Of a stretch of 64,000 nt of DNA, positions 29,240 through 50,420 are shown piece by piece. The stretch lies in assembly GCF_009914755.1 (NCBI RefSeq), contig NC_060947.1; one strand, 5' to 3'. A model generated the notes under the pieces. It did not search any database. It worked only from the letters and a program-made list of their open reading frames with translations, and had not been told where the DNA came from. The position numbers and the translations under genes are program-made. Source of the stretch: the human T2T-CHM13v2.0 reference genome, Homo sapiens. The first letter of the stretch is position 1. Each line of letters starts with the position of its first letter.

Positions 29240-29433
29240 TGTCATGTGACATGATGGCGCCCCTTTGCCTTTGGCAATGATCAAAAGATTTCTGAGGTCC
29301 TCACCTAAAGCAGATGACAGCACCATGCTTCCTGTAAAGCTTGCAGAAATGTGAGCTAAATTAAACCTCTTTTCTTTATAAATTAGCCAATCTTAGGTAT
29401 TTCCTTAAAGCAATTCAAGAACAGACTAATACA
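29240..29433 (+). mobile_element. Partial MST-type MaLR LTR (3' part)
   Basis: accatgcttcctgta...taaacctcttttctttataaatta...agactaataca. Confidence 0.75.
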
Positions 29434-29601
29434 ATGTGCATGAACAGGAAGGCTTGATATTGTCAAGATGTCACTTCTTCCTAATCTCTTCTATAGATTT
29501 AATGCAATCGCAAACAAAATCCTTGCAACTTATTTTATACATATTGACAAACTGATTTTACAGTTTATATGGAGAAGCAAAAGACCCAGAATAGCCAACA
29601 C

Positions 29602-31946
29602 TTTTTTTTAACCTTTATTTTAAGTTCAGAGGTACATGTGCAGGTTTGTTACATAGGTAAACTTATGAGGGTTTGTTGTACAGGTTATTTCATCACCCAG
29701 CTATTAAGAGGGTATTCATTGGTCATTTTTCTTGATCCTCTCACTCCTTCTCCCACCGTCCAACCTACAATAGGCCCCAGTGTGTGTTGTTTCTTCCCAT
29801 GTGCCCACGTGTTCTCATTGTTCAGCTCCCACTTATGAGTGAGAACATGCAGTATTTGGTTCTCTGTTCCCGCATTAGTTTGCTAAGGATAATGGCCACC
29901 AGCTCCATCAATGTTCCTGCAAAGAACATGATTTTTTTTAATTTAAATTTATTTATTTATTATTATTTTTTAAATTTTACTTTAAGTTCTGGGATACATG
30001 TGCAGAATGTGCAGGTTTGTTACATGGGTATACACGTGCCATGGTGGTTTGTTGCACCTACCAACCCATCATCTAGGTTTTAAGCCCCACATGCGTTAGA
30101 TATTTGTCTTAATGCTCTCCCTCCCCTTGTCCCCCAACCTCCAACAGGCCCCGGTGTGTGATGTTCCCCTCCCTGTGTCCTTGTGTTCTCATTGTTCAAC
30201 TCCCACTTATGAGTGAGAACATGCCGTGTTTGGTTTTCTGTTCCTGTGTTAGTTTGTTGAGGATGATGGTTTCCAGCTTCATCCATGTCCCTGCAAAGGA
30301 CATGCACTCATCCTTTTTTATGGCTGCATAGTATTCCATGGTGTATATGTGCCACATTTTCTTTATGCAGCCTATCATTGATGGGCATTTGGGTTGGTTC
30401 CAAGTCTTTGCTATTGTAAATAGTGCTGCAATAAACATACATGTGCATGTGTCTTTATAGTAGAATCATTTCTAATCCTTTGGGTACATACCCAGTAATG
30501 GGATTACTGGGTCAAATGGTATTTCTGGTTCTAGATCCTTGAGGAATCACCACACTGTCTTCCACAGTGGTCGAACTAATTTCCACTCCCATTAACAGTG
30601 TAAAAGCATTCCTATTTCTCCACAGCCTCGCCAGCATCTGTTGTTTCCTGACTTTTTAATGATCACCATTCTAACTGGAGTGAGATGGTATCTCATTGTG
30701 GTTTTGATTTGCATTTCTCTAATGACCAGTGATGATGAGCTTTCTTCCATATGTTTGTTGGCCTCGTAAATATCTTCTTTTGAGAAGTGTTTGTTCATAT
30801 CCTTCGCCCACTTTGTGATTTTTTTTTTCTTTTTGTAAATTTGTATAAGTTCCTTGGAGATTCTGGATATTAGACCTTTATCCGATGGATAGATTGCAAA
30901 AATTTTCTCCCATTCTGTAGGTTGCCTAAGAACATGATTTTATTCTGTTTTATGGTTCCATAGTATTCCATGGTGCATGTGTACCCCATTTCCTTTATCC
31001 AGTCTGTCATTGATGGGCATTTAGGTTGATTCCATACCTTTGCTATTGTGAATAGTGCTGCAATGAACAAAGCATGCATGTGTCTTTATAATACAATTAT
31101 TTATATTCCTCTGGACATATGCCTAGTAATGGGATTGCTGAGTCAAATGGTAGATCTGGCTTTTAACTCTTTCAGAAATCACCAAACTGCTTACCACAAT
31201 GGTTGAACTAATTTATACACTTACCAACAGTGCATAGGTGTTCCCTTGTCTCCACAACCTGCCAGCATCTGCTATTTTATGACTTTTTAAAAATAGTAAT
31301 TCCCACTGGTGTGAGATGGTACCTCGTTGTAGTTTTTATTTGCATTTCTCTAATAATTAGTGATGTTGAGCTTTTTTCATATGATTTTTGGCCACATGTA
31401 TATCTTCTTTAGAAAAGTTTCTGTTCGTGTCCTTTACCCACTTTTTAATGGGTTTTTTTTCTTGTAAATTTTTTTTAAGATTCTTATAGAGGCTGGATAT
31501 TACACCTTTGTCAGATACATAGTTTGCAAAAATTTTCTCCCATTCTGTACATTGTCTGTTTACTCTGTTGACAGTTTCTTTTGCTGTTCAGAGATCTTTA
31601 GTTTAATTAGATCTCATTTGTTGATTTTTGTTTTTGTTGCAATTGCTTTTGGCATCCTCATCATGAAATCTTTGCCCATGCCTATGACCTGAATGGCATT
31701 GCTCAGGTTGTCTTCTAGGATTTTTATAGTTTTGGATTTTACATTTAATTCTTCAAATGATCTTGAATGAATTTTTGTATATGGTTTAAGGAAGGGCTCC
31801 AGTTTCAATCTTCTGCATTTGGCTAGTCAGTTCTCCCAGCACCATTTATTGAATAGGGATTCCTTTTCACCATTGCTTGTTTTTGTTAGATTTATTGAAG
31901 ATCAGATAGTTGTAGGTGTGTGGTGTTATTTCTGTGTTCTTTATTC
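29602..31946 (-). mobile_element. Older L1PA (L1PA11-13-like) 3' fragment
   Basis: Reverse L1 ORF2 3' part; TSD ccaacac. Confidence 0.8.
29936..30927 (-). mobile_element. L1PA8-like 3' fragment (copy D) nested in the previous element
   Basis: TSD aagaacatgatttt at about 29922-29935 and 30929-30942; ctaggttttaagcccc 3' UTR type. Confidence 0.88.
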
Positions 31947-32063
31947 TCCAACACAATATTGAAGAAGAATAAAGTCAGAAGACTGACACTACCTGAATTC
32001 TTGCTTGCTATAAAGCTACAATAATGCAGTAAGTGTGGTACTGGTGAAAGAATAGATAAATAA

Positions 32064-32360
<297 letters not shown>

Positions 32361-34048
32361 GAATAGAAAAATAGATCAAGTGGGCAAAATACAAAGCCCA
32401 GCAAATAGACCACAAAAAAATAGTCAGCTGATGCTTGACAAGGGAGCATAGGCAATACAATGGAGCAACGATAGTCTTCTCAACAAATGATGCTGGAACA
32501 ACTAGACATCCACATGCAAAAGGAAAAATCTAGACAAAGACTTTATACCTCTCATAAAAATTAACTTAAAATGGATTATAGAGTTAAATGTAAAATATAA
32601 ACTACACAACTCTGGATTATAACATAGGAGAGAACCTAAATGACCCTGGATATGGCAATGACATTTTTGATTTAGCACCAAAAGCATAATCCATGAAAAA
32701 AAAATTGATAAGCTGAAACCCATTGAAATTTAAAACTTCTGCTCTGCTTCAGACACTGTTGAGAGAATGAAAAACAAGCCAAAAACTGGGAGAAAATATT
32801 TGTAAAAGACATATCTGATAAAGGATTATTATCCAAAATATACAAAGAACACTTAACCTCAACAATAACAAAAAAACCCTGATTTTAAAATGAGCAAAAG
32901 ACTCAGACATCTCATCAACGAATACATGCAGACAGAAAATAAACAAATGAAAAGATGCTCAACATCATATGTCATTAGGTAATTGCACATTAAAGAATAT
33001 GGTGGGATAGAAGCCTCCACTGATTGTCCACCATCACCCCACCCGAAAGGACATCAATTTAATAACTATCTACACCAAAAAAGCACCTTCATAAGAACTG
33101 AAATTCAGGCGAGCATTCACAGTACCTGCCTTTAACTTCAAATTGCTGAAATTGACACTGAAGAGGTGGGAAAAACAGTCTTGAATTGCTGATGCCACCC
33201 CTCACTGACCTCCCAGCCAGGCAGCAGCTGTGTGGTGCAGAGAGCATTTCTCGCCACTGTGGGAGGGAGAGCACAGCAATTGTGCTACATTGAACTCAGT
33301 GCTGCCCTGTTATAGCAGAAAACAAAACTGGACCAATATTAGCTGAAACCTGCCCACAGAGGGAAGATTTAAACCAGCCCTAGCCAGAGGGAAATTGCCA
33401 ATTCCAGTGGTCTAAACTTGAGTTTGCTCAAGCCCCACCACCACTGCAGGCTAAAGTACTCTGGGGCTCTAAATAAACTTCAAAGGGAGTCTAGGCCACA
33501 AGGACTGCAACTCTTAGGTGAGTCTCAGTGTTGAACTGGTCCAGAGCCAGTGAACTGGGCAGCATGGGACCTACTGAGACACCAGCTGGGGTGGCTAAAG
33601 GCGTGCTAGCATCACCCCTCCCCATTCCCAGGCTGCACAGTTCATTGCTCCAAAAGAGACCCCTTCCCTCCACCTGAGGAGAGGAGAGGGAAGAGTGGGA
33701 AGGACTTTGTCTTGCATCTTTGATACCAACTCAGCCACAGCAAGATAGGGTACTGGTCAGAGTCATAAGGTCCCCTTTCCAGGCCCTAGCTCCTAGACTG
33801 CATTTCTAGATACACCCTGGACTAGAAGGGAACCTGCAGCTTTGAAGGGAAGTACCCAGGCCTGTCTAGATTTATCACTTGCTAACTGAAGAGCCCTTGG
33901 GCCCTGAATAACCAGCAGCAATCCCCAGGTACCATGTTTAAGGCCTTGGGTGAGACTCTGAGACTTGCTGGCTTCAGGTAAGACTCAGGACATTCACAAC
34001 TGTGGTGGTATGGGTCAAGACTTCTGCTTAAGAAAAGAGGGAAAAGTA

Positions 34049-34711
<663 letters not shown>

Positions 34712-35202
34712 TCACTCTCAGTACAATAGATCACGAGGTACACTTCTAAGGTTTTTCACTCTTGTCCCTGGCTCTCAAATGGGAACTCTTGACCTGCCTG
34801 GGGCCTGGGGGAACTCACCACCCTGAAGGGAAGGCCACATGCTTGGCTGGCTTTGCCACAAGTTTATTGTAGAGAACCATGGCAATGAATGAACATAGGT
34901 GGTAGCCAGGGAGTGGTTACAGCAGGCCTTGAATGAGACCCAGTGCTGTGCTGGCTTTAGGTCTGACCCAGCATAATCATAGTGGTGGTGGCCACAGGGG
35001 TGCTTGTGTCACACCACCCTTAGCTCCAGAGGAATCAGAACAGAGAGAGACTCAGTTCGTTTGGGTGAATGTAATGGAAGAGAACAAGAGTTTCTGCCTG
35101 TTAATCCAGAGAATTTTCCTGAATTTTGTCCAAGACCATCAAGGCAGTACCTCTACAAGTCTGCAAGAAGTACAGTGTTACTGGGCTTGGGGTGTCTTCT
35201 AA

Positions 35203-35652
<450 letters not shown>

Positions 35653-38600
35653 TAACTTTTCAATGCCCAGACACAGACTAACATCTACAAGTAACAAGAT
35701 AATTCAGGAAAACATGACCTCACCAAATGAAATAAATAAGGCACCAGAGACCAATCCTGGAGAAAAAGAGGTATGTGTCCTTTCAGACAGAGAACTCGAA
35801 ATAGCTGTGTTGAGGAAATTCAAAGAAATTTAAGATAACACAAAGAAAGAATTCCAAATTCTATCATATATGTTTAACAAAGTGACTGAAATAATTTTAA
35901 AAGAATCAAGCAGAAATTCTACAACCAAAAGATGCAATTGGCATACTGAAGAATTCATCAGAGTCTTTTAATACCAGAATGGATCAAGCAGAAGAATGAA
36001 TTAGTAAGCTTGAAGACAGGCTATTTGCAAATACAGTCAGAAGGGAAAAAAGAGAAAAGAATAAAAAAACAAAGAAGCACATCTACAGGATCTAGAAAAT
36101 AGCCTCAAAAGGGCAAATCTAAGAGTTATTGGCCTTAAAGAGGAGGTAGAGAAAACGATAGGCATAGAAAGCTTATTCAAAGGGATAATAACAGAGAACT
36201 TCCCAACCCTAGAGAAAGATATCAATATTCAAGTGCAAGAAGGTTATAGAACACCAAGCAGATTTAACACAAAGATGACTACCTCAAGGCATTCAATAAG
36301 CAAACTCCTAAAGGTCAAGGATAAAGAAGAGATCCAAAAAGCAGGAAAAAAAAAAAAAGAACCATACAATGGAGCTCCAATACGTCTGGCCACAGACTTT
36401 TTAGTGGAAACCTCACAGGCCAAAAGAGAGTTGCATGACATATTTAAGGTGTTGAAGGAAAAAAAAGCGTTTACCCCAGAATAGTATATCTGGCAAAAAT
36501 ATCCTTCAAATATGAAGATAAATAAAGATTTTCCCAGAAAAACAAAAGCTGAGGGATTTCATCAACACCAAACTCATCCTAAAAGAAATGCTAAAGGGAG
36601 TACTTAAATCAAAAAGAAAAAATGTTAATGAGCAATAAGATATCATGTGAGGTACAAAACTCACTGGGAATAGTAGGTACACAGAAAAACACAGAATATT
36701 ATAACACTATAACAGTGATGTGTGAACTACTCTTAAGTAGAGACTAAACAATGAACCAATCCAAATAATAACTACAGCAAATTTTCAAGATATACATAGT
36801 ACAATAAGATATAAATAGAAACAACAAAAGGTTTAAAAACAGAGGGACAAGACCTAGAATCTTTATTGGTTTTCTTTTTGTTTGTTTCTGCAAACAGTGT
36901 TAAGTTGTTATCAGCTTAAAATACTTGGCGATAAGATAGTGCTTGCAAGCCATGTGGTAATCTCAAACCAAAACATACAAAACATACAAACATGTGGTAA
37001 CCTCAAACCAAAACATACATAAATAAAAAATAAAAAAGCAAGAAATTATACCAGAGAAAATCACCTTCACTAAAAGGAAGCTAGAAAGAATAGAAATGAG
37101 GAAGAGAAGACCACGGAACAACCAGAAAACAAATAACAAAATGGCAGGAGTAAGTCATTACTTATCAATGATAACATAAAATGTAAATAGACTAAATTCT
37201 TCAATCAAAAGACATCGAATGGCTGAATGGATGAAAAAACAAGACCCAATGATCTGTTGCCTATAAGAAGCACACTTCACCTATAAAAATACACAGACTG
37301 AAAACAAAGGGATGAAAGAAGATATTCCATGCCAATGGAAACCAAAAAAGAGCAGGAGTAGCAATACTTATATCAGACAAATTCCATTTCAAGAGAAAAA
37401 CTACAGAAAGTGACAAAGACGGTCACTATATAATGATGAAGAAGTAAATTCAGCAAGAGGATATAGCAATTTTAAATATATATGATCCCAACACTGGAAC
37501 ACCTGGATACATAAAGAAAATATTATTAGAGCTAAAGAGAGAGATAGACCCCAATACAATAATAGCTGGAAACTTCAACACACCATTTTCCACATTGGGC
37601 AGATCTTTCAGACAGAAAATCAGCAGAGAAACATTGGACTTAACATGCACTATAGACCAAATGGTTCTAATAGATAATTGCAGAACAATTCATCCAACAG
37701 CTGCAGAATACATATTCTTTTCCTCAGCATGTGGATCATTCTCAAGGATAGACATATGTTAGCTCAGAAAACAAGTCTTAAAACATTCAAACAATTTGAA
37801 ATAATATCAAGCATCTTCTCTGACCACAGTGGAATAAAACCAGAAATCAATAACAAGAGGAATTTTGGAAACCATCCAAATACATGGAAATTAAACAATA
37901 TGCTCCTGAATGACCAGTGGGTCAATGAAGAAATTAAGGACATTGAAAAATGTCTTGAAACAAATGATTATGGAAACACAATATACCATAACTTATGGGA
38001 TACAGTACCCAAAGTACCCAAAAGCAGTACTAAGAGGGAAGATTATAACAAGTGCCTATATCAGAAAAAAAGAAAATTTCAAATAAACAACCTAACGATG
38101 GCTCTTAAAGAACTGGAAAACCAAGAGCAAACCAAAACCAAAATTAGTAGAAGAAAAGAAATCATAAGGATCAGAGCAGAAATAAATGAAATTCCCATGA
38201 AGAAAACAATACAAAAGATCAGCAAAACAAAAAGCTGATTTTTTGAAAAGTTAAATAAAATTGACAAACCTTTAGCTAGACAGAAAAAAAAGAATATCTA
38301 AATAAATAAAATCAAGGCAAAAAAGAAGACATTACAGCTGATACCACAGAAATTCAAAGCATTATTAGCGGCTACTATGAGCAACTATATGCCAATAAAC
38401 TGCAAAATATAGAAGTGGACAAATTCCTAGACACATGTAACACACCAAAATTAAACCATGAATAAATCCAAAACCTTAACATACCAATAATGAGTAACAA
38501 TATCCAAGTTGTAATAAAAAGTCTGCCAGTAAAGAAAAGCCTGGGACCTGATGGCTTCATTGCTGAATTCTACCAAACATTTAAAGAAGAGTGAATGCTA

Positions 38601-38691
38601 TTCTGAAAAAAAAGGAAGAAGGAATATTTACAAACGCATTCTACAAGGCCAATATTACCCTGATACCAAAACCATGCAAAGACAATTCAAA

Positions 38692-39002
<311 letters not shown>

Positions 39003-39291
39003 TCAAAAAAAGAAAACTACAGGCCAATATCTCTGATGAATATGGGTGCAGAAATCCTCAACAAAATAGCAGCAAACAGAATTCAACAATACATTAAAAA
39101 GATCCTTCATCATGACCAAGTGGGATTTATCCCAGGGATGCAAGGATGGTTTGGCATGAGCAAATCAACTAATGTGATACATCATATTAACAGAATGAAG
39201 GAAAAAAACATATGATGATTTTAATTGATGCTGAAAAAGCATTTGATAAAATTTAACATCCTCTCATGATTTAAAAAAAAAAAAAAAACTT

Positions 39292-39849
<558 letters not shown>

Positions 39850-40698
39850 TTATACTTTGAAAAATCTAAAGACTTCACAAAATCAATCACAGCTGATAAA
39901 TTCAGTAAAGATGCAGGATACAAAATTGACATACAAAAATCAGTAGCATTTCTACATGGCAACAGTAAACAATCTGAAAAAGAAATAAAAAAGTAATCCC
40001 ATTTACAACCACCACAAATAAAATTAAATACCTAGGAATTAACTAAACCAAATAAGTGAAAGATCTTTATAATGAAAACTATAAAATGCTGAAGAAAGAA
40101 ATTGAAGAGGACACCAAAAATGGAAAGCTATATTCCATGTTTATTAATTGGAAGAATCAACATTGTTAAAATGTCCATATTACCCAAAGCAATCTACATA
40201 TTCAATGCAATCCCTATCAAAATACCAAGGATGTTCTTCACAGAAATAGAAAACATAATCCTACAATTTATATGGAACTACAAAAAATCCAGAATAGCCA
40301 AAGCTATCCTAAGCAAAAGGGATAAAACTAGAGGAATCACATTACCTGACTTCAAATTATACTACAGAGCTATAGTAACCCAAACAGCATGGTACTGCCA
40401 TAAAAACAGATGCATAGACCAGTGGAACAGAATAGAGAACCCAGAAACAAATCCACACACCTACAGTAAACTCATTTTCAACAAAGATGCCAAGACATAC
40501 ACTGAGGAAAAGAAAGTATCTTCAGTAAACGATACTGGGAAAACTAGATATTCATATGCAGAAGAATGAAATTAGACCTCTCTCTCTCTCACCATACACA
40601 AAAATCAAATCAAAATGGACCAAAGACTTAAATCTGAGACCTCAAACTATGAAACTATTATAAGAAAACATCAGAGACTTTAAGAAATGTAATGTGGA

Positions 40699-41604
40699 GA
40701 GGGAGGAGCCAAGATGGCCGAACAGGAACAGCTCCGGTCTACAGCTCCCAGCGTGAGCGACACAGAAGATGGGTGATTTCTGCATTTCCATCTGAGGTAC
40801 CGGGTTCATCTCACTAGGGAGTGCCAGCCAGTGGGCACGGGTCAGTGGGTGCGCGCACCGTGCGCAAGCCAAAGCAGGGCGAGGCATTGCCTCACTTGGG
40901 AAGCGCAAGGGGTCAGGGAGTTCCCTTTCCAAGTCAAAGAAAGGGGTGACGGACGCACCTGGAAAATCGGGTCACTCCCACCCGAATATTGTGCTTTTCA
41001 GACCGGCGTAAAAAACTGCGCACCACGAGATTATATCCCGCACCTGGCTCGGAGGGTCCTATGCCCACGGAGTCTCGCTGATTGCTAGCACAGCAGTCTG
41101 AGATCAAACTGCAAGGTGGCAGCGAGGCTCGGGGAGGGGCGCCCGCGATTGCCCAGGCTCGCTTAGGTAAACAAAGCAGCCGGGAAGCTCGAACTGGGTG
41201 GAGCCCACCACAGCTCAAGGAGGCCTGCCTGCCTCTGTAGGCTCCACCTCTGGGGGCAGGGCACAGACAAACAAAAAGACAGCAGTAACCTCTGCAGACT
41301 TAAATGTCCCTGTCTGACAGCTTTGAAGAGAGCAGTGGTTCTCCCAGCACGCAGCTGGAGATCTGAGAACGGGCAGACTGCCTCCTCAAGTGGGTCCCTG
41401 ACCCCTGACCCCCGAGCAGCCTAACTGGGAGGCACCCCCCAGCAGGGGCACACTGACACCTCACACGGCAGGGTATTCCAACAGACCTGCAGCTGAGGGT
41501 CCTGTCTGTTAGAAGGAAAACTAACAAACAGAAAGGACATCCACACCAAAAACCCATCTGTACATCACCATCATCAAAGACCAAAAGTAGATAAAACCAC
41601 AAAG
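40699..41604 (+). promoter_or_regulatory. L1 5' UTR: CpG-rich internal sense and antisense promoter, intact YY1 site
   Basis: gggaggagccAAGATGGCCg; near-identical to the young L1 5' UTR. Confidence 0.88.
40934..41149 (-). pseudogene. ORF0: L1 antisense ORF0, open 71-codon frame with start ATG changed to ATC
   Basis: IAGAPPRASLPPCSLISDCC...RHPFL*; + strand gcccgcgatt instead of gcccgccatt. Confidence 0.8.
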
Positions 41605-42621
41605 ATGGGGAAAAAACAGAACAGAAAAACTGGAAACTCTAAAAAGCAGAGCGCCTCTCCTCCTCCAAAGGAACGCAGTTCCTCACCAGCAACGGAACAA
41701 AGCTGGATGGAGAATGACTTGGACGAGCTGAGAGAAGAAGGCTTCAGACGATCAAATTACTCTGAGCTACGGGAGGACATTCAAACCAAAGGCAAAGAAG
41801 TTGAAAACTTTGAAAAAAATTTAGAAGAATGTATAACTAGAATAACCAATACAGAGAAGTGCTTAAAGGAGCTGATGGAGCTGAAAACCAAGGCTCGAGA
41901 ACTACGTGAAGAATGCAGAAGCCTCAGGAGCCGATGCGATCAACTGGAAGAAAGGGTATCAGCAATGGAAGATGAAATAAATGAAATGAAGCGAGAAGGG
42001 AAGTTTAGAGAAAAAAGAATAAAAAGAAATGAGCAAAGCCTCCAAGAAATATGGGACTATGTGAAAAGACCAAATCTACGTCTGATTGGTGTACCTGAAA
42101 GTGATGGGGAGAATGGAACCAAGTTGGAAAACACTCTGCAGGATATTATCCAGGAGAACTTCCCCAATCTAGCAAGGCAGGCCAACGTTCAGATTCAGGA
42201 AATACAGAGAACGCCACAGAGACACTCCTTGAGAAGAGCAACTCCAAGACACATAATTGTCAGATTCACCAAAGTTGAAATGAAGGAAAAAATGTTAAGG
42301 GCAGCCAGAGAGAAAGGTCGGGTTACCCTCAAAGGGAAGCCCATCAGACTAACAGCGGATCTCTCAGCAGAAACCCTACAAGCCAGAAGAGAGTGGGGGC
42401 CAATATTCAACATTCTTAAAGAAAAGAATTTTCAACCCAGAATTTCATATCCAGCCAAACTAAGCTTCATAAGTGAAGGAGAAATAAAATACTTTGCAGA
42501 CAAGCAAATGCTGAGAGATTTTGTCACCACCAGGCCTGCCCTAAAAGAGCTCCCGAAGGAAGTGCTAAACATGGAAAGGAACAACCGGTACCAGCCGCTG
42601 CGAAATCATGCCAAAATGTAA
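41605..42621 (+). CDS. ORF1: LINE-1 ORF1p RNA-binding / chaperone protein, full-length 338 aa
   Basis: MGKKQNRKTGNSK...; REKG, ARR and YPAKLS motifs intact; some substitutions (RHSLRR, KELPKEV). Confidence 0.95.
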   Translation: MGKKQNRKTGNSKKQSASPPPKERSSSPATEQSWMENDLDELREEGFRRSNYSELREDIQTKGKEVENFEKNLEECITRITNTEKCLKELMELKTKARELREECRSLRSRCDQLEERVSAMEDEINEMKREGKFREKRIKRNEQSLQEIWDYVKRPNLRLIGVPESDGENGTKLENTLQDIIQENFPNLARQANVQIQEIQRTPQRHSLRRATPRHIIVRFTKVEMKEKMLRAAREKGRVTLKGKPIRLTADLSAETLQARREWGPIFNILKEKNFQPRISYPAKLSFISEGEIKYFADKQMLRDFVTTRPALKELPKEVLNMERNNRYQPLRNHAKM

Positions 42622-42657
42622 AGACCATCGAGACTAGGAAGAAACTGCATCAACTAA

Positions 42658-47759
<5,102 letters not shown>

Positions 47760-50199
47760 ACAATGAGATCACATGGACACAGGAAGGGGAATATCACACT
47801 CTGGGGACTGTGGTGGGGTGGGGGAACGGGGGAGGGATAGCATTGGGAGATATACCTAATGCTAGATGACGAGTTAGTGGGTGCAGCGCACCAGCATGGC
47901 ACATGTATACATATGTAACTAACCTGCCCAATGTGCACATGTACCCTAAAACTTAAAGTATAATAAAAAAAAAAAAAAAAAGAAAACATCAGAGAAATCT
48001 CTAGGACATTGGTCTGAGTGACGATTTCTTGATTAATACCCCACAAACACAGGCAACCTAAGCATAAATGAGCAAATGTGATCAGATCAATTTAAAAAGC
48101 CTCTGCACAGCAAAGGAAACAATCAACAAAGTGAAGGGACAACCCACAGAATGAGAGAAAATATTTTCAAGCTACCCATCTGACAAGAGATTAATAATCA
48201 GAATGTATAAGGAGCTCAAACAACTCTATAGGAAAATATCTAATATTCAGGTTTTTAAATGGGCAAAAGATTTAGATAGACATTTCTCAAAAAGACATAC
48301 AAATGGCAAACAGGCATATGAAAAGGTGCTCAATATCACTGATCATCAGAGAAATGTAAATCAAAACTACAATGAGATATCATCCCACCCCAGTTAAAAT
48401 GGCTTATATCCGAAAGACAAATAATAACAAATGTTGGTGATGATGTGGAGAAAAGGGAACCCTCACACACTGTTGGCGGGAATGTACATTAGAACAACCA
48501 CTATGGGGAACAGTTTGGAAGTTCCTCAAAAAACTAAAAATTGAGCCACCATATATTCCAGCAATCCCACTGCTGGGTATATACTCAAAAGAAAGGAAAT
48601 CAGTATGTAGAAGGGACATCTGCGGTCTTATGTTTGTTGCAGTACTGTTGACAATAGCCAGAATTTGGAAACAACCTAAGTTCCATTAACAGATGAAAAG
48701 ATAAACAAAATGTGGCACATATACACAATGGAGTACTATTCAGCCTTAAAAAACAGTAATATCCAAAGATTTGCAACAACATTGATGGAACTGGGAATCA
48801 TTATGCTAAATGAAATAAACCAGGCACAGAAAGACAAACATCAAATGTTCTCACTTATTTATGGAATCTAAAAATCAAAACTATTCAACTCATGGAGATA
48901 GAGAGTAGAAGGATAGTTACCAGAGGCTGGGAAGGGTAGTAGGAGGTGGGTAGGAGATGGGGATGGATAATGGGTACACAAAAAATAGAAAGAATGAATA
49001 AGACCTAGAATTTGATAGCACATGGTGACTATAGTCAATAATAATTTAATTGTACATTTCAAAATAACTAGAAGAGTATAATTTGATTGTTTTTAACACA
49101 AAGTATAAATGCTTGAGGGGATGGATACCCCATTTTACATGATGTGATTTTCACACATTGCATGCCTGTATCAAAACATTTCATGTAAACCATAAATATA
49201 TATACCTACTGTGTACCCACAAATATTAAATATTTTTTAAAAAGAAAAGAAAAAGAAGTAACTTTTTTAAAAAAATAACAATGAGAAACCACTGTACTAC
49301 ATCTGTTAGAAAAGCCCAGATCCAAAGCACTAACAAAACCAAGTGTGGATGAGGATGTGGAACAGCAGAAACTCTCATTCATTGTTGGTGGGAATAAAAA
49401 ATTGTAGAGTCACTTTGGAAGACAGTTTGGCAATTTCTTACAAAACTAAACATACTCTTACTATGAGATCCAGCAATTATGGTCCTTGGTATATACCCAA
49501 ATGAGTTGAAAACTTATGGACACGCAAACTCTGCACCCAGATAGTTGTAGACTCTTTATTCATAATTGCCAGAAATTAGAAGCAGTCAAGATGTCTTTCA
49601 GTAGATAAATGGATAAATGGACAAATAAATTGTGATACATTCAAACAATGGAATATTATTCAGCAGGAAATAAATGAGCTATCAAGCCACAAGAGGACAT
49701 AAAAGAATCTTAAATGCATATTGCTAAGTGAAAGAAGTCACTCTGAAAGGGATACATACTGTATGATTCCAACTATATGTAATTCTAGATAAAGCAAAAC
49801 TATGAATATGGTAAAAGGATCAGTGGTAGCCAGGGGTTAGGGAGGAGGGAAGGATGAATAAGTGGAGCACAGAAGATTTTTAGGGCAGTGAAAATACTAT
49901 GTTTGGTACTATTATGGTGGATATGTGTCATTAGGCATTTGTTAAAACCCACAGAATGTATCACACCAAGAATGAACCCTAATATAAACTATGGACTTTG
50001 GGTGATAATGATGTGTCAATAGAGGTTCTTCAGTTGTAATAAATGTGCCATTGTGGTGTGGGATTTTGACAGTGGGGAAGGCTATGTGTACATAGAGGCA
50101 GGGGGCATATGGGTAATCCCTTTACGTCCCACTCAGTTTTGCCGTGAATGTAAAACTTCTGTAAAAAATAAAATCTATCTTAATAAGATAGCAAAAGCA

Positions 50200-50420
50200 A
50201 AAAGATAAAGATATGGAAAATGGAAGAAAAAAGATAATAAAATTTGAGGATCAATCCAGGGGTATAATATCCACCTAGTTTAGAAAAAGAAAAAAATGTA
50301 CGGGATGAAATTATCAGATAAACAATGTAAGAAAATTTCCCAGAACCAAAGGATGCAAGTCCACAGATTTAACGGGCCTACCTTGTGCTCAGCAAAATGC
50401 ACACAATAAAAGACTGACCG
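50200..50420 (+). mobile_element. HAL1 / L1ME ORF1-like fragment
   Basis: gaaaatttcccagaac...aagtccacagatt resembles an ORF1 RRM relic. Confidence 0.45.

Noticed and set aside
24398-30927. Segmental or tandem duplication explaining the similar L1 fragments
   Set aside because: Different flanks, TSDs, lengths, orientations and 3' UTR types indicate independent insertions
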